NCBI RefSeq assembly: GCF_056712565.1
Contig: NZ_CM160072.1
Length of the DNA: 64,000 nt
Direction: 5' to 3' (one strand)
Below the pieces are notes generated by a model, which was not told the origin of the DNA, searched no databases, and saw only the letters and a program-made list of their open reading frames with translations. The translations under genes were made by a program, and so were the position numbers. Position 1 is the first letter of the stretch. The number at the start of each line of letters is the position of its first letter. This document shows, one piece after another, positions 27,660-40,924 of this stretch.

Positions 27660-28825
27660 TAACGGGGATGGCAATTGACGCCGGTGCCAGCCTTGCACCG
27701 GCATTTATGTTGACGCTGAACAGCCAGGACATTACCAGCAATTTTAGTGACCGATTGATTTCTCTCACCATGACCGATAACCGGGGTTTTGAGGCTGACC
27801 AGCTCGATATTGAGCTTGATGATACCGACGGGAAAGTTGAGTTACCCCTGCGCGGGGCAGTGCTGACGCTGTGGCTTGGCTGGCAGGGCTCGGCGTTGCT
27901 GAATAAGGGGGATTTTACGGTCGATGAGATTGAGCACCGGGGAGCGCCTGACACCCTGACCATCCGGGCGCGCAGCGCGGACTTTCGCGGCACGCTAAAT
28001 TCCAGGCGTGAAGAGTCATGGCATGACACCACCATCGGAGAACTGGTCAGCACCATCGCAAAACGCAATAAACTGACGGCCAGTGTCGCTGATTCACTGA
28101 AAAAAATCCCGGTACCGCATATCGACCAGTCGCAGGAGTCCGACGCGGTGTTTCTGACCCGGCTAGCTGACCGAAACGGAGCTGCGGTGTCAGTGAAAGC
28201 GGGGAAATTGCTGTTTCTGAAAGCCGGTAGTGCGATGACGGCCAGCGGCAGACCCATCCCGCAAATGACGCTGACCCGTAGCAATGGTGACCGTCATCAA
28301 TTTGCTATTGCCGACCGTGGGGCTTATACCGGCGTAACGGCAAAATGGTTGCACACCAAAGACCCGAAGCCGCAAAAGCAAAAAGTGACGCTGAAACGCC
28401 AGCCAAAAGAGAAACACCTACGCGCACTGGAGCACCCGAAAGCAAAGCCTGTCAGCAAAAAGACAAAGGCCAAAAAAGAGCAGGAGGCTCGCGAGGGTGA
28501 GTATATGGCCGGTGAAGCCGATAACGTGCTGGCGCTGACAACGGTCTACGCATCAAAGGCGCAGGCGATGCGTGCCGCTCAGGCTAAGTGGGATAAACTG
28601 CAGCGAGGCGTTGCGGAGTTTTCAATCACACTGGCGCTAGGGCGAGCGGATTTATTTCCTGAGACGCCTGTACGTGTGTCGGGCTTTAAGCGCGTAATAG
28701 ACGAACAGGTATGGTTAATCAGTAAAGTAACTCACATTCTGAATAATAGTGGCTTCACGACGGGGTTAGAGCTTGAGGTTAAGCTATCTGATATAGAGTA
28801 CAGCTCAGAGGAAAGCGAAATATAA
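27656..28825 (+). CDS. D: tail protein D / late control D (P2 gpD family)
   Basis: 389 aa as P2 D. Confidence 0.8.
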   Translation: MITGMAIDAGASLAPAFMLTLNSQDITSNFSDRLISLTMTDNRGFEADQLDIELDDTDGKVELPLRGAVLTLWLGWQGSALLNKGDFTVDEIEHRGAPDTLTIRARSADFRGTLNSRREESWHDTTIGELVSTIAKRNKLTASVADSLKKIPVPHIDQSQESDAVFLTRLADRNGAAVSVKAGKLLFLKAGSAMTASGRPIPQMTLTRSNGDRHQFAIADRGAYTGVTAKWLHTKDPKPQKQKVTLKRQPKEKHLRALEHPKAKPVSKKTKAKKEQEAREGEYMAGEADNVLALTTVYASKAQAMRAAQAKWDKLQRGVAEFSITLALGRADLFPETPVRVSGFKRVIDEQVWLISKVTHILNNSGFTTGLELEVKLSDIEYSSEESEI

Positions 28826-28900
28826 AAAAGCAAATCATAACTTGCAAATGCAATTTTAGAGTTTATTATTCCCTCAAACGCGCCAGCAGGGGGAAAAATT

Positions 28901-29119
28901 ATGATGCACTGCCCGTTATGCCAAAACGCCGCACATGCTCGTACTAGCCGGTACCTTAGCACCGAAACGAAAGAACGTTATCACCAATGCCAGAACATAA
29001 ATTGCGGATGTACATTTATCACTTTTGAGACGCTATCAAGATTCATTGTGAAACCGGGCACTGTTGATCCTGCTCCGCCACATCCCATCAGAAACCAACA
29101 ACAGCAACTTTGGCTTTGA
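28901..29119 (+). CDS. ogr: late transcription activator, zinc finger (Ogr / 186 B family)
   Basis: 72 aa with CPLCQ...CQNINCGC zinc finger, last phage gene before host DNA. Confidence 0.8.
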   Translation: MMHCPLCQNAAHARTSRYLSTETKERYHQCQNINCGCTFITFETLSRFIVKPGTVDPAPPHPIRNQQQQLWL

Positions 29120-29141
29120 ACCTGCTTCGGCAGGTTTTTTT
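29119..29141 (+). terminator. intrinsic terminator after ogr
   Basis: AACCTGC-ttcg-GCAGGTT followed by TTTTT. Confidence 0.65.
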
Positions 29142-29195
29142 ATATCTGTCGCCATCGCGCCAATCTCTGCCGCCAATTTGCCGCCACCACCAATG

Positions 29196-29223
29196 AAAAA
29201 GGGGTTAGCAATTCGCTAACCCC
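29196..29223 (-). terminator. intrinsic terminator of rplS operon
   Basis: 9-bp stem GGGGTTAGC/GCTAACCCC followed by TTTTT on reverse strand. Confidence 0.65.
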
Positions 29224-29263
29224 TTGTTTCATAACACGCTTTGGATGTAGCGCGAAGACGTTA

Positions 29264-29614
<351 letters not shown>

Positions 29615-29652
29615 TTAATCTCTTATCCTGGGTAAACTGATATCTCGGGGGC

Positions 29653-30420
29653 TTACGCCATCCCATCATGTTTATGTTGCTGTTGTGCGTGTTCCGTTTT
29701 GAACTCCGCCAGCAACCTTGCTTGCTCTTCAGTCAGAGCCAGGTTTTCCAGAAGTTCAGGTCTTCTAAGCCAGGTACGGCCCAGCGACTGTTTCAAACGC
29801 CAGCGACGTATCTCGGCATGGTTACCCGACAGTAACACTGGCGGAACTTCCATCCCTTCTAACACCTCAGGCCGCGTATAGTGCGGGCAATCCAGCAATC
29901 CTTCAGCAAAGGAATCTTCCGTTGCCGAGGCTTCATGTCCCAGTACTCCCGGAATAAACCGGGAAACGGAGTCAATCAGCGTCATTGCTGGTAACTCACC
30001 ACCACTGAGAACGTAATCGCCGATTGACCATTCTTCGTCAATTTCGGTTTGGATCACGCGCTCATCTATACCTTCGTAGCGACCACACACCAGAATCAAT
30101 TTTTGATTCGTTGCCAGTTCGCTGACGCCCGCTTGATCAAGCTTGCGTCCCTGTGGTGACAGATAAATCACCTTTGCGCCTTCACCCGCCGCGGCTTTTG
30201 CTGCATGAATGGCGTCCCGCAAGGGTTGCACCATCATTAACATCCCCGGTCCGCCGCCGTAAGGACGATCGTCCACGGTACGGTGCCGGTCATGCGTGAA
30301 GTCGCGAGGACTCCAGCTCTGGATGCTCAGCAGGCCATTTTTAACTGCCCGGCCAGTTACCCCGTAATCGGTAATTGCGCGGAACATTTCAGGAAACAGG
30401 CTAATTATGCCAATCCACAT
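29653..30420 (-). CDS. trmD: tRNA (guanine37-N1)-methyltransferase
   Basis: 255 aa; conserved rimM-trmD-rplS order. Confidence 0.9.
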
Positions 30421-30450
30421 AGCGCCGTCTTTTACCGTTTATCCGGTGGT

Positions 30451-30999
30451 TTAAAAACCAGGATCCCAATCTACTTCGATTGAACGTGTAGTGAGATCGA
30501 CTTTCTTGATAACCTGCCCATCGAGGAACGGTACGAGACGTTCCTTGATACCAAACGCATCTTTCAGGTTTGCCTTAATGACGAGAACGTCATTAGATCC
30601 GGTTTCCATCATATCTACGACTTTACCGAGATCGTAGCCTTCAGTGGTTACTACCTGGCAGCCCATCAGGTCTTTCCAGTAGTAGTCCCCCTCTTCAAGC
30701 TGAGGCAACTGCGATGAATCCACGACAATTTCACAATTCGTCAGCAGGTTCGCCGCATCACGATCGTCAACGCCTTTCAGCTTGATGATCATGTCCTGAT
30801 TGTGGTGCTTCCAGCTTTCCAGCTGGACTTGCTGCCACTGACCCGCCTTCTGGATAAACCAGGGCTGATAGTCAAAAATGCTTTCGGCGTCTTCGGTGGA
30901 AGAAAACACTCTGAGCCACCCACGAATACCGTAAGACGACCCCATTTTTCCCAAAACGATGGGATCAACAGGTGCTTGCGCGGTGAGTTGTTTGCTCAT
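30451..30999 (-). CDS. rimM: ribosome maturation factor RimM
   Basis: Start taken at [11 protein letters not shown]...; track ORF extends 3 codons upstream. Confidence 0.85.
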
Positions 31000-31017
31000 C
31001 ATGACCACCGTGACAGA

Positions 31018-31344
<327 letters not shown>

Positions 31345-31402
31345 TTACTGATTTCTGGAGAAAATGCAATCAGCAGTTAATAACTCTATCGCATAAGGTC
31401 AT

Positions 31403-32764
31403 TTAGCGACCAGGAAATCCCGGCGGCATCATCCCTTTCATGCTTCTCATCATCTTCGCCATCCCGCCCTTTTTCATTTTCTTCATCATGCGCTGCATGT
31501 CGTCGAACTGTTTCAGAAGACGGTTAACGTCCTGCACCTGCATACCGCAACCGGCAGCGATACGACGCTTACGCGAACCTTTGATGATTTCTGGCTTAGC
31601 GCGCTCTTTCATCGTCATCGAGTTGATGATGGCTTCCATACGCACCAGCACTTTATCGTCCATCTGTGACTTGACGTTATCCGGGATCTGCCCCATGCCC
31701 GGCAGCTTGCCCATCAGGCTAGCCATGCCGCCCATATTTTTCATCTGGCGCAGCTGCTCAAGAAAGTCGTTGAGATCGAAGCCGTCGCCTTTTTTCAGCT
31801 TGCTGGCTAATTTCTCTGCCTGCGCGCGGTCAACCTTGCTTTCGATATCTTCGATCAGTGACAGTACGTCGCCCATGCCGAGAATACGGGAGGCAATACG
31901 GTCCGGATGGAATGGCTCCAGCGCCTCGGTTTTCTCGCCAACACCGAGGAACTTGATCGGTTTGCCAGTGATGTGACGAATAGAGAGCGCCGCACCGCCG
32001 CGGGCATCGCCGTCCACTTTGGTCAACACTACACCGGTAAGCGGTAACGCTTCATTGAATGCTTTTGCCGTATTGGCCGCATCCTGACCGGTCATGGCAT
32101 CGACCACAAACAGGGTTTCAACCGGATTAATCGACGCATGGACTTGTTTGATCTCGTCCATCATCGCTTCGTCAACGTGCAGACGACCGGCAGTATCCAC
32201 CAGCAGCACGTCGTAGAATTTCAGTTTGGCTTCTTTCAGCGCCGCGTTAACGATATCTACCGGCTTCTGACCAACATCAGAAGGGAAGAAATCAACGCCC
32301 ACCTGCTCTGCCAGCGTCTCAAGCTGTTTGATTGCCGCCGGGCGATAGACGTCGGCAGAAACCACCAGCACTTTCTTCTTGTGCTTCTCGCGCAGGAACT
32401 TACCGAGTTTACCAACGCTGGTTGTTTTACCGGCACCTTGCAGGCCCGCCATCAGCACGACCGCAGGCGGTTGCGCAGCCAGGTTCAGGGTCTGGTTCTC
32501 TTCGCCCATCGCCGCAACCAGTTCGTTACGGACAATTTTGACGAACTCCTGCCCCGGCGTCAGGCTCTTATTAACTTCATGACCAACCGCTTTCTCTTTT
32601 ACGCGATTGATAAACTCACGCACTACCGGCAGAGCGACGTCCGCCTCCAGCAGCGCCATGCGCACTTCGCGCAGCGTATCTTTTACGTTGTCTTCAGTGA
32701 GGCGTCCACGGCCACTGATATTGCGCAGCGTGCGCGACAAACGATCGGTTAAATTATCAAACAT
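31403..32764 (-). CDS. ffh: signal recognition particle protein Ffh
   Basis: 453 aa, GTPase motifs GLQGAGKTT and DTAGR, Met-rich C-terminal M-domain. Confidence 0.9.
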   Translation of the reverse strand: MFDNLTDRLSRTLRNISGRGRLTEDNVKDTLREVRMALLEADVALPVVREFINRVKEKAVGHEVNKSLTPGQEFVKIVRNELVAAMGEENQTLNLAAQPPAVVLMAGLQGAGKTTSVGKLGKFLREKHKKKVLVVSADVYRPAAIKQLETLAEQVGVDFFPSDVGQKPVDIVNAALKEAKLKFYDVLLVDTAGRLHVDEAMMDEIKQVHASINPVETLFVVDAMTGQDAANTAKAFNEALPLTGVVLTKVDGDARGGAALSIRHITGKPIKFLGVGEKTEALEPFHPDRIASRILGMGDVLSLIEDIESKVDRAQAEKLASKLKKGDGFDLNDFLEQLRQMKNMGGMASLMGKLPGMGQIPDNVKSQMDDKVLVRMEAIINSMTMKERAKPEIIKGSRKRRIAAGCGMQVQDVNRLLKQFDDMQRMMKKMKKGGMAKMMRSMKGMMPPGFPGR

Positions 32765-32930
32765 TGTCTCTCGCCTGGGGTGGAAACGGTTGGCCGCAAT
32801 CGCGACACATCATCAGTATTTTGCCGCAGTATAACATGAAGGCGTCTTTGTTGTTATGCAACGGTTGGAGCAGCGTTCACCTGACGCTATACTGCTTCTC
32901 TTTCTTATTGCTCAAACTGTCGACATTACT

Positions 32931-33722
32931 ATGCCCGTTTTTGCTCTGCTCGCGCTTGTCGCCTACTCCGTCAGTCTTGCGCTGATTGTTCCCGGTCTGC
33001 TGCAAAAAAACGGCGGCTGGCGGCGCATGGCTATTATTTCTGCGGTCATCGCGCTGGTCTGCCACGCAATCGCTCTGGAAGCCCGCATCCTGCCCGACGG
33101 TGATAGCGGACAAAACCTCAGCCTGCTGAACGTTGGTTCATTGGTCAGTTTGATGATCTGTACGGTAATGACCATTGTGGCTTCTCGCAATCGTGGCTGG
33201 TTGTTGCTACCCATTGTCTATGCCTTTGCGCTTATCAACCTGGCGCTGGCGACCTTCATGCCCAATGAATACATCACCCATCTGGAAGCAACGCCGGGGA
33301 TGCTGGTGCACATTGGCTTATCGCTTTTTTCCTATGCCACGCTAATTATCGCTGCCCTGTACGCGCTGCAACTGGCGTGGATTGATTACCAACTGAAGAA
33401 CAAGAAGCTGGCGTTTAACCAGGAAATGCCTCCATTGATGAGTATCGAGCGTAAAATGTTCCATATCACGCAGATTGGCGTGGTGCTGCTAACGCTCACT
33501 CTTTGCACTGGCCTGTTCTACATGCACAACTTATTTAGCATGGAAAATATCGACAAGGCCGTGCTCTCTATCGTGGCGTGGTTTGTCTATATTGTGCTGC
33601 TGTGGGGACATTATCATGAAGGATGGCGTGGACGCCGCGTCGTCTGGTTTAACGTTGCGGGTGCAGTCATTCTGACACTGGCCTACTTCGGCAGCCGAAT
33701 TGTCCAGCAGTTAATCAGCTAA
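32931..33722 (+). CDS. ypjD: inner membrane protein YpjD (cytochrome c assembly family)
   Basis: Multi-TM protein divergent from ffh; start taken at MPVFALLAL... Confidence 0.75.
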   Translation: MPVFALLALVAYSVSLALIVPGLLQKNGGWRRMAIISAVIALVCHAIALEARILPDGDSGQNLSLLNVGSLVSLMICTVMTIVASRNRGWLLLPIVYAFALINLALATFMPNEYITHLEATPGMLVHIGLSLFSYATLIIAALYALQLAWIDYQLKNKKLAFNQEMPPLMSIERKMFHITQIGVVLLTLTLCTGLFYMHNLFSMENIDKAVLSIVAWFVYIVLLWGHYHEGWRGRRVVWFNVAGAVILTLAYFGSRIVQQLIS

Positions 33723-33766
33723 CCCCAGAAAAGGAGTTTCCCCTGGAACACATTTCTACTACTACG

Positions 33767-35029
33767 TTGATCATTATTCTGATCATCATGGTGGTCATTT
33801 CAGCCTATTTTTCCGGTTCAGAAACTGGAATGATGACACTCAACCGCTATCGCCTGAGACACATGGCGAAGCAAGGTAATCGCTCGGCAAAACGCGTCGA
33901 AAAATTACTGCGCAAGCCAGACCGCCTGATAAGCCTGGTGTTAATCGGCAATAATCTGGTCAATATCCTTGCTTCCGCACTCGGCACTATTGTCGGGATG
34001 CGCTTGTATGGCGATGCTGGCGTGGCAATTGCGACTGGCGTGCTGACCTTCGTAGTGCTGGTTTTTGCTGAAGTATTGCCGAAAACCATTGCCGCGCTGT
34101 ACCCGGAAAAAGTCGCTTATCCGAGTAGTTTTCTACTGGCTCCGCTGCAAATTTTGATGATGCCGCTGGTCTGGTTGCTGAATGCTATTACCCGCATGTT
34201 AATGCGCATGATGGGCATCAAAACCGATATCGTGGTTAGCGGCTCTTTAAGCAAAGAAGAGTTGCGTACCATCGTGCACGAATCACGCTCACAAATTTCC
34301 CGTCGCAATCAGGATATGCTGCTGTCGGTGCTCGATCTGGAAAAGATGACCGTCGATGACATCATGGTGCCGCGCAGTGAAATTATCGGTATTGATATCA
34401 ACGATGACTGGAAATCGATTCTGCGCCAACTCTCCCACTCACCTCACGGGCGCATCGTGCTCTACCGTGATTCGCTGGACGACGCCATCAGTATGCTGCG
34501 TGTGCGTGAAGCCTGGCGACTCATGTCGGAGAAAAAAGAGTTCACCAAAGAAACCATGCTACGCGCCGCGGACGAGATCTATTTTGTCCCGGAGGGTACG
34601 CCGCTCAGCACACAGTTGGTGAAGTTTCAGCGCAACAAAAAGAAAGTCGGCCTGGTCGTCAACGAGTATGGAGACATTCAGGGACTGGTGACGGTCGAAG
34701 ATATTCTCGAAGAGATTGTCGGCGATTTCACCACGTCGATGTCGCCAACACTTGCCGAAGAGGTCACGCCGCAAAACGACGGGTCGGTGATTATCGATGG
34801 CACCGCCAACGTGCGAGAAATTAACAAAGCCTTTAACTGGCATCTACCGGAAGATGATGCTCGTACTGTTAACGGCGTCATTCTGGAAGCGCTGGAGGAG
34901 ATCCCGGTAGCAGGCACCCGCGTGCGTATAGGCGAGTACGATATCGATATTCTCGACGTACAGGACAATATGATTAAGCAGGTAAAAGTTTTTCCTGTAA
35001 AACCGCTGCGCGAGAGTGTGGCGGAGTAA
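33767..35029 (+). CDS. yfjD: CNNM/CorC-family membrane protein with CBS domains
   Basis: 420 aa, N-terminal TM domain, CBS and C-terminal transporter-associated region. Confidence 0.75.
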   Translation: MIIILIIMVVISAYFSGSETGMMTLNRYRLRHMAKQGNRSAKRVEKLLRKPDRLISLVLIGNNLVNILASALGTIVGMRLYGDAGVAIATGVLTFVVLVFAEVLPKTIAALYPEKVAYPSSFLLAPLQILMMPLVWLLNAITRMLMRMMGIKTDIVVSGSLSKEELRTIVHESRSQISRRNQDMLLSVLDLEKMTVDDIMVPRSEIIGIDINDDWKSILRQLSHSPHGRIVLYRDSLDDAISMLRVREAWRLMSEKKEFTKETMLRAADEIYFVPEGTPLSTQLVKFQRNKKKVGLVVNEYGDIQGLVTVEDILEEIVGDFTTSMSPTLAEEVTPQNDGSVIIDGTANVREINKAFNWHLPEDDARTVNGVILEALEEIPVAGTRVRIGEYDIDILDVQDNMIKQVKVFPVKPLRESVAE

Positions 35030-35083
35030 CGAAAACGGCCCGGCATTCGCATGCTGGGCCGTGATTTATTACGAAAGCAGAAA

Positions 35084-35710
<627 letters not shown>

Positions 35711-35799
35711 CTAACTTCGCTTATTATGGGGATCAGTTTCAGGGTTTCAAGGGAAGCACTCACATTGTCATCAATCTTCGCAACAAGGACCTCGGAAAA

Positions 35800-36678
35800 A
35801 TGAATAATCATTTCAAGTGTATTGGCATTGTGGGACACCCACGGCACCCCACTGCACTGACAACACATGAAATGCTCTACCGCTGGCTGTGCACAAAAGG
35901 TTACGAGGTCATCGTTGAGCAACAAATCGCTCACGAACTGCAACTGAAGAATGTGAAAACTGGCACGCTCGCGGAGATTGGGCAACAGGCTGATCTCGCG
36001 GTTGTCGTTGGCGGCGACGGTAATATGCTGGGCGCGGCGCGCACGCTCGCGCGCTATGATATTAAAGTTATTGGAATCAACCGTGGCAACCTGGGTTTCC
36101 TGACTGACCTTGATCCCGATAACGCCCAGCAACAATTAGCCGATGTGCTGGAAGGCCACTACATCAGCGAGAAACGTTTTTTGCTGGAAGCGCAAGTCTG
36201 TCAGCAAGATTGCCAGAAACGCATCAGCACGGCGATTAACGAAGTGGTACTTCACCCTGGCAAAGTGGCGCATATGATTGAGTTCGAAGTGTATATCGAC
36301 GAGATCTTTGCGTTTTCGCAGCGTTCCGATGGACTGATTATTTCGACGCCAACAGGCTCCACCGCATATTCCCTCTCTGCGGGCGGTCCTATTCTGACAC
36401 CCTCTCTGGATGCGATTACCCTGGTGCCCATGTTCCCGCATACGTTGTCAGCACGACCACTGGTCATAAACAGCAGCAGCACGATCCGTCTACGTTTTTC
36501 GCATCGCCGTAACGACCTGGAAATCAGTTGCGACAGCCAGATAGCACTGCCGATTCAGGAAGGTGAAGATGTCCTGATTCGTCGCTGTGATTACCATCTG
36601 AATCTGATTCATCCGAAAGATTACAGTTATTTCAATACATTAAGCACCAAGCTCGGCTGGTCAAAAAAATTATTCTAA
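35800..36678 (+). CDS. nadK: NAD kinase
   Basis: 292 aa with [11 protein letters not shown] motif. Confidence 0.9.
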
Positions 36679-36697
36679 TTTTACGCCAGCCTCTTTA

Positions 36698-36713
36698 CTG
36701 TATATAAAACCAG
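36698..36713. promoter_or_regulatory. LexA box 1 upstream of recN
   Basis: CTGTATATAAAACCAG (CTGT-N8-CCAG). Confidence 0.7.
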
Positions 36714-36719
36714 TTTATA

Positions 36720-36735
36720 CTGTACACAATAACAG
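36720..36735. promoter_or_regulatory. LexA box 2 upstream of recN
   Basis: CTGTACACAATAACAG (CTGT-N8-ACAG). Confidence 0.7.
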
Positions 36736-36763
36736 TAATGGTTTTTCATACAGGAAAACAACT

Positions 36764-38425
36764 ATGTTGGCACAACTGACCATCAGCAACTTTGCTATCG
36801 TTCGTGAGCTTGAGATTGATTTTCATAGCGGCATGACCGTAATAACTGGCGAGACCGGCGCGGGTAAATCTATTGCAATAGATGCCCTCGGCCTTTGTCT
36901 CGGTGGTCGCGCTGAAGCCGACATGGTGCGTACCGGCGCTGCTCGTGCCGACCTGTGCGCCCGTTTTTCTCTGAAAGATACGCCAGCGGCCCTGCGTTGG
37001 CTGGAAGAAAACCAGCTTGAAGACGGGCATGAATGTTTGCTTCGTCGCGTAATCAGCAGCGATGGTCGCTCCCGTGGTTTCATCAACGGTACAGCTGTTC
37101 CTCTGTCACAACTGCGCGAACTGGGTCAGTTGCTGATTCAGATCCATGGTCAGCACGCTCATCAGTTACTCACCAAACCCGAGCACCAAAAATTCCTGCT
37201 TGATGGCTATGCCAATGAAACCTCTCAGCTCCAGGAAATGACCGCACGTTATCAGTTGTGGCATCAAAGCTGCCGTGACCTCGCGCATCATCAGCAGTTA
37301 AGTCAGGAACGCGCCGCCCGTGCGGAGCTGCTGCAATACCAATTAAAAGAACTTAACGAATTTAATCCGCAGCCTGGAGAGTTTGAGCAAATCGACGAAG
37401 AGTACAAACGTCTGGCGAACAGCGGTCAATTGCTGACCACCAGCCAGAATGCATTGGCATTAATGGCTGACGGTGAAGACGCAAATCTGCAAAGTCAACT
37501 TTACACGGCTAAACAACTGGTGAGCGAATTGATTGGCATGGACAGCAAACTGTCCGGCGTACTTGATATGCTGGAAGAGGCTACCATCCAGATTGCTGAA
37601 GCCAGTGATGAACTACGCCACTACTGCGATCGTCTGGATCTCGATCCCAACCGACTGTTTGAACTTGAACAGCGCATCTCAAAACAGATTTCGCTGGCAC
37701 GTAAACATCACGTCAGCCCTGAGGCATTGCCACAGTATTACCAGTCGCTACTGGAAGAACAGCAGCAACTGGACGATCAGGCCGACTCACAAGAAACGCT
37801 CGCGCTGGCGGTAACGAAACATCATCAGCAGGCACTGGAAACGGCGCGCGCGTTACACCAGCAACGCCAGCATTATGCAAATGAGTTGGCACAGCTGATC
37901 ACCGATAGTATGCATGCACTCTCTATGCCACATGGGCAGTTTACGATCGATGTTAAATTTGACGAGCATCACCTGGGCGCTGACGGCGCTGATCGTATTG
38001 AGTTTCGGGTAACCACCAACCCAGGTCAGCCAATGCAGCCTATTGCCAAAGTCGCATCCGGTGGTGAGTTGTCCCGCATCGCATTGGCAATCCAGGTCAT
38101 TACCGCGCGTAAAATGGAAACCCCGGCACTGATTTTTGATGAAGTGGATGTAGGGATTAGCGGCCCAACAGCGGCAGTTGTCGGCAAACTGCTACGTCAA
38201 CTTGGCGAATCAACTCAGGTGATGTGTGTTACCCACCTGCCACAAGTCGCGGGATGTGGTCATCAACACTATTTTGTCAGCAAAGAAACCGATGGTGCGA
38301 TGACAGAAACGCATATGCAATCCCTGGATAAAAAAGCGCGGTTACAAGAGTTGGCGCGCCTGCTTGGTGGCAGTGAAGTCACACGTAACACACTGGCGAA
38401 TGCGAAAGAACTGCTTGCGGCGTAA
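36764..38425 (+). CDS. recN: DNA repair protein RecN (SMC-like ATPase)
   Basis: 553 aa, Walker A GETGAGKS, coiled-coil middle, C-terminal signature region. Confidence 0.9.
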   Translation: MLAQLTISNFAIVRELEIDFHSGMTVITGETGAGKSIAIDALGLCLGGRAEADMVRTGAARADLCARFSLKDTPAALRWLEENQLEDGHECLLRRVISSDGRSRGFINGTAVPLSQLRELGQLLIQIHGQHAHQLLTKPEHQKFLLDGYANETSQLQEMTARYQLWHQSCRDLAHHQQLSQERAARAELLQYQLKELNEFNPQPGEFEQIDEEYKRLANSGQLLTTSQNALALMADGEDANLQSQLYTAKQLVSELIGMDSKLSGVLDMLEEATIQIAEASDELRHYCDRLDLDPNRLFELEQRISKQISLARKHHVSPEALPQYYQSLLEEQQQLDDQADSQETLALAVTKHHQQALETARALHQQRQHYANELAQLITDSMHALSMPHGQFTIDVKFDEHHLGADGADRIEFRVTTNPGQPMQPIAKVASGGELSRIALAIQVITARKMETPALIFDEVDVGISGPTAAVVGKLLRQLGESTQVMCVTHLPQVAGCGHQHYFVSKETDGAMTETHMQSLDKKARLQELARLLGGSEVTRNTLANAKELLAA

Positions 38426-38573
38426 ACTTTTTTCCTGCTTCACGGTCAGAGTAAACAGCAAAACGCCGTAAGACCGGAAAGCAAAAGGTTTTAAAGTGAT
38501 GAAAGGTCTATTATCATCGGCATATTACAGATGAGCCACGTACTGCTCGGGCCCGAAAAGGAATCAAATCACT

Positions 38574-38915
38574 ATGCGCTGTAAAACGCTGACTGCTGCA
38601 GCAGCAGTACTATTGATGTTGACCGCAGGCTGTTCCACTCTGGAGCGAGTGGTTTACCGTCCTGACATCAACCAGGGGAACTATCTGACCGCTAACGACG
38701 TATCCAAAATACGTGTTGGCATGACGCAACAACAAGTTGCGTACGCATTGGGTACACCGCTGATGTCCGATCCATTTGGTACAAATACCTGGTTCTATGT
38801 CTTCCGCCAGCAACCTGGTCATGAAGGTGTAACGCAGCAAACGCTGACGCTGACCTTTAACAGTAGCGGTGTGTTGACCAACATTGATAACAAACCTGCG
38901 CTGAGTGGTAACTAA
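38574..38915 (+). CDS. bamE: outer membrane protein assembly factor BamE (SmpA)
   Basis: 113 aa lipoprotein, lipobox LTAGCS. Confidence 0.85.
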
Positions 38916-38940
38916 TAATAAAGTTGCTCTCAAAGACGTT

Positions 38941-38969
38941 AAAAAAGGTGCTCAATGAGCACCTTTTTT
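38941..38969. terminator. bidirectional intrinsic terminator between bamE and ratB
   Basis: AAAAAAGGTGCTC-aat-GAGCACCTTTTTT. Confidence 0.75.
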
Positions 38970-38976
38970 CTGTCTG

Positions 38977-39267
38977 TTATTTATTCGCTGATTTTTCTGC
39001 TCGTTGCCTGCGAAGCTCTTTCGGATCGGCAATGAGAGGACGATAAATCTCCACCCGATCGCCATCATGCACAATATCGCTGAGTTTTGCCGGACGGCTG
39101 TAAATGCCGACTTTGTTTTTAGTTAAATCGATATCGGTACGCAATTCCAGCAAACCACTGGCGCGAATAGCTTCTTCAACCGTCGCGCCCTCCTGCAACG
39201 TCACGCGCTGCAGGTACTGCTTCTCAGGTAGCGCATAAGCCACCTCAACGGCAATTTTACCTGGCAC
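38977..39267 (-). CDS. ratB: RatB / YfjF (UPF0125) protein
   Basis: About 96 aa from GTG ([23 protein letters not shown]...); track ORF is an upstream extension. Confidence 0.75.
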
Positions 39268-39733
39268 TGTAGACCTCTTTTGCACGAACAGTAAAAGCCT
39301 GCACCATATTAGCTGCCAGCTCTTTAAACACACGACCAAAGGCGAGTTCAATCAACTTATTGGTAAACTCAAAGTCGAGATGAAACTCAATACGGCACGC
39401 GTCCTGGCTCAACGGCGTAAACTTCCAACCGCCGATCAATTTCTTAAACGGTCCATCAACCAGACTCATGAGAATACTTTGATTACTGGTCAACTGGTTG
39501 CGGGTTGTAAACGTTTTGCTGATCCCAGCCTTAGACACATCTACCGCAGCAGTCATCTGCCCAGGAGTGGACTCCAGAATCCGACTTCCGGTACAACCCG
39601 GCAAAAACTGAGGATAAGACTGAACGTCATTCACTAACTGATACATTTGCTCCGCGCTGTAGGGCACCAGTGCGGTCCGGCTAATCTGAGGCATAACAAT
39701 TTCCATCAACAAAAATCCAACAAATAATATCAT
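39257..39733 (-). CDS. ratA: ribosome association toxin RatA (SRPBCC/polyketide cyclase fold)
   Basis: 158 aa; conserved position between bamE and smpB. Confidence 0.8.
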
Positions 39734-39864
39734 TTATCCTGCTGTAAAAAAAACGCTATCCCGGCGCTGGGTAACATCGGGTTCATGCTAAGATAGAGCC
39801 TTGTCCCCCGCAGGATTGATATGGGGTGTTTTCGATTTCAGATTACCGATGATTCACGACGCTT

Positions 39865-40347
39865 ATGACGAAGAAAAAAGCACATAAACCTGGTTCAGCG
39901 ACCATCGCGCTTAACAAGCGCGCCCGTCACGAATACTTTATCGAAGAAGAGTTCGAAGCGGGACTTGCCCTGCAAGGCTGGGAGGTTAAATCCCTGCGCG
40001 CAGGAAAAGCCAATATCAGCGACAGCTATGTCCTTCTGCGCGACGGAGAGGCATTTCTGTTTGGCGCTAACATCACGCCAATGGCTGTGGCCTCCACGCA
40101 TGTGGTGTGCGATCCTACCCGTACCCGCAAGTTACTTCTCAACCAGCGCGAACTGGACTCATTGTACGGTCGCGTCAATCGAGAAGGCTATACCGTAGTG
40201 GCGCTCTCCCTGTACTGGAAAAATGCCTGGTGCAAAGTGAAAATCGGCGTCGCCAAAGGTAAGAAACAGCACGATAAACGTTCAGATATCAAAGAACGCG
40301 AATGGCAGGTGGATAAAGCGCGTATCATGAAAAATGCCCACCGTTAA
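39865..40347 (+). CDS. smpB: SsrA-binding protein SmpB
   Basis: 160 aa [34 protein letters not shown]... recognised as SmpB. Confidence 0.9.
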
Positions 40348-40561
40348 ACCTATATAAGCGATACTAATCAAATCCTCACCGCGCCTCCCTATCCGGTGGC
40401 GCGAATGAACATCTTATCGACTGTCAAATCTGACACAGATGTAGCCATCCCATTGCTTAATCGAAAAAAAATCATACTATGCAGGCGCTAATTCCAGGAT
40501 GATAACGCCTTTTGGGCTAGTCATGCTGCTCATAAATCTGGTATACTTACCGTTACACATT

Positions 40562-40924
40562 GGGGCTGATTCTGGATTCGACGGGATTTGCGAAACCCAA
40601 GGTGCATGCCGAGGGGCGGTTGGCCTCGTAAAAAGCCGCAAAAAATAGTCGCAAACGACGAAAACTACGCTTTAGCAGCTTAATAACCTGCTTAGAGCCC
40701 TCTCTCCCTAGCCTCCGCTCTTAGGACGGGGATCAAGAGAGGTCAAACCCAAAAGAGATCGCGTGGAAGCCCTGCCTGGGGTTGAAGCGTTAAAACTTAA
40801 TCAGGCTAGTTTGTTAGTGGCGTGTCCGTCCGCAGCTGGCAAGCGAATGTAAAGACTGACTAAGCATGTAGTACCGAGGATGTAGGAATTTCGGACGCGG
40901 GTTCAACTCCCGCCAGCTCCACCA
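40562..40924 (+). ncRNA. ssrA: tmRNA (transfer-messenger RNA)
   Basis: Starts GGGGCTGATTCTGGATTCGACGGG, contains tag ORF region (GCAAACGACGAAAACTACGCTTTAGCAGCTTAA), ends GGGTTCAACTCCCGCCAGCTCCACCA; 363 nt. Confidence 0.9.
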
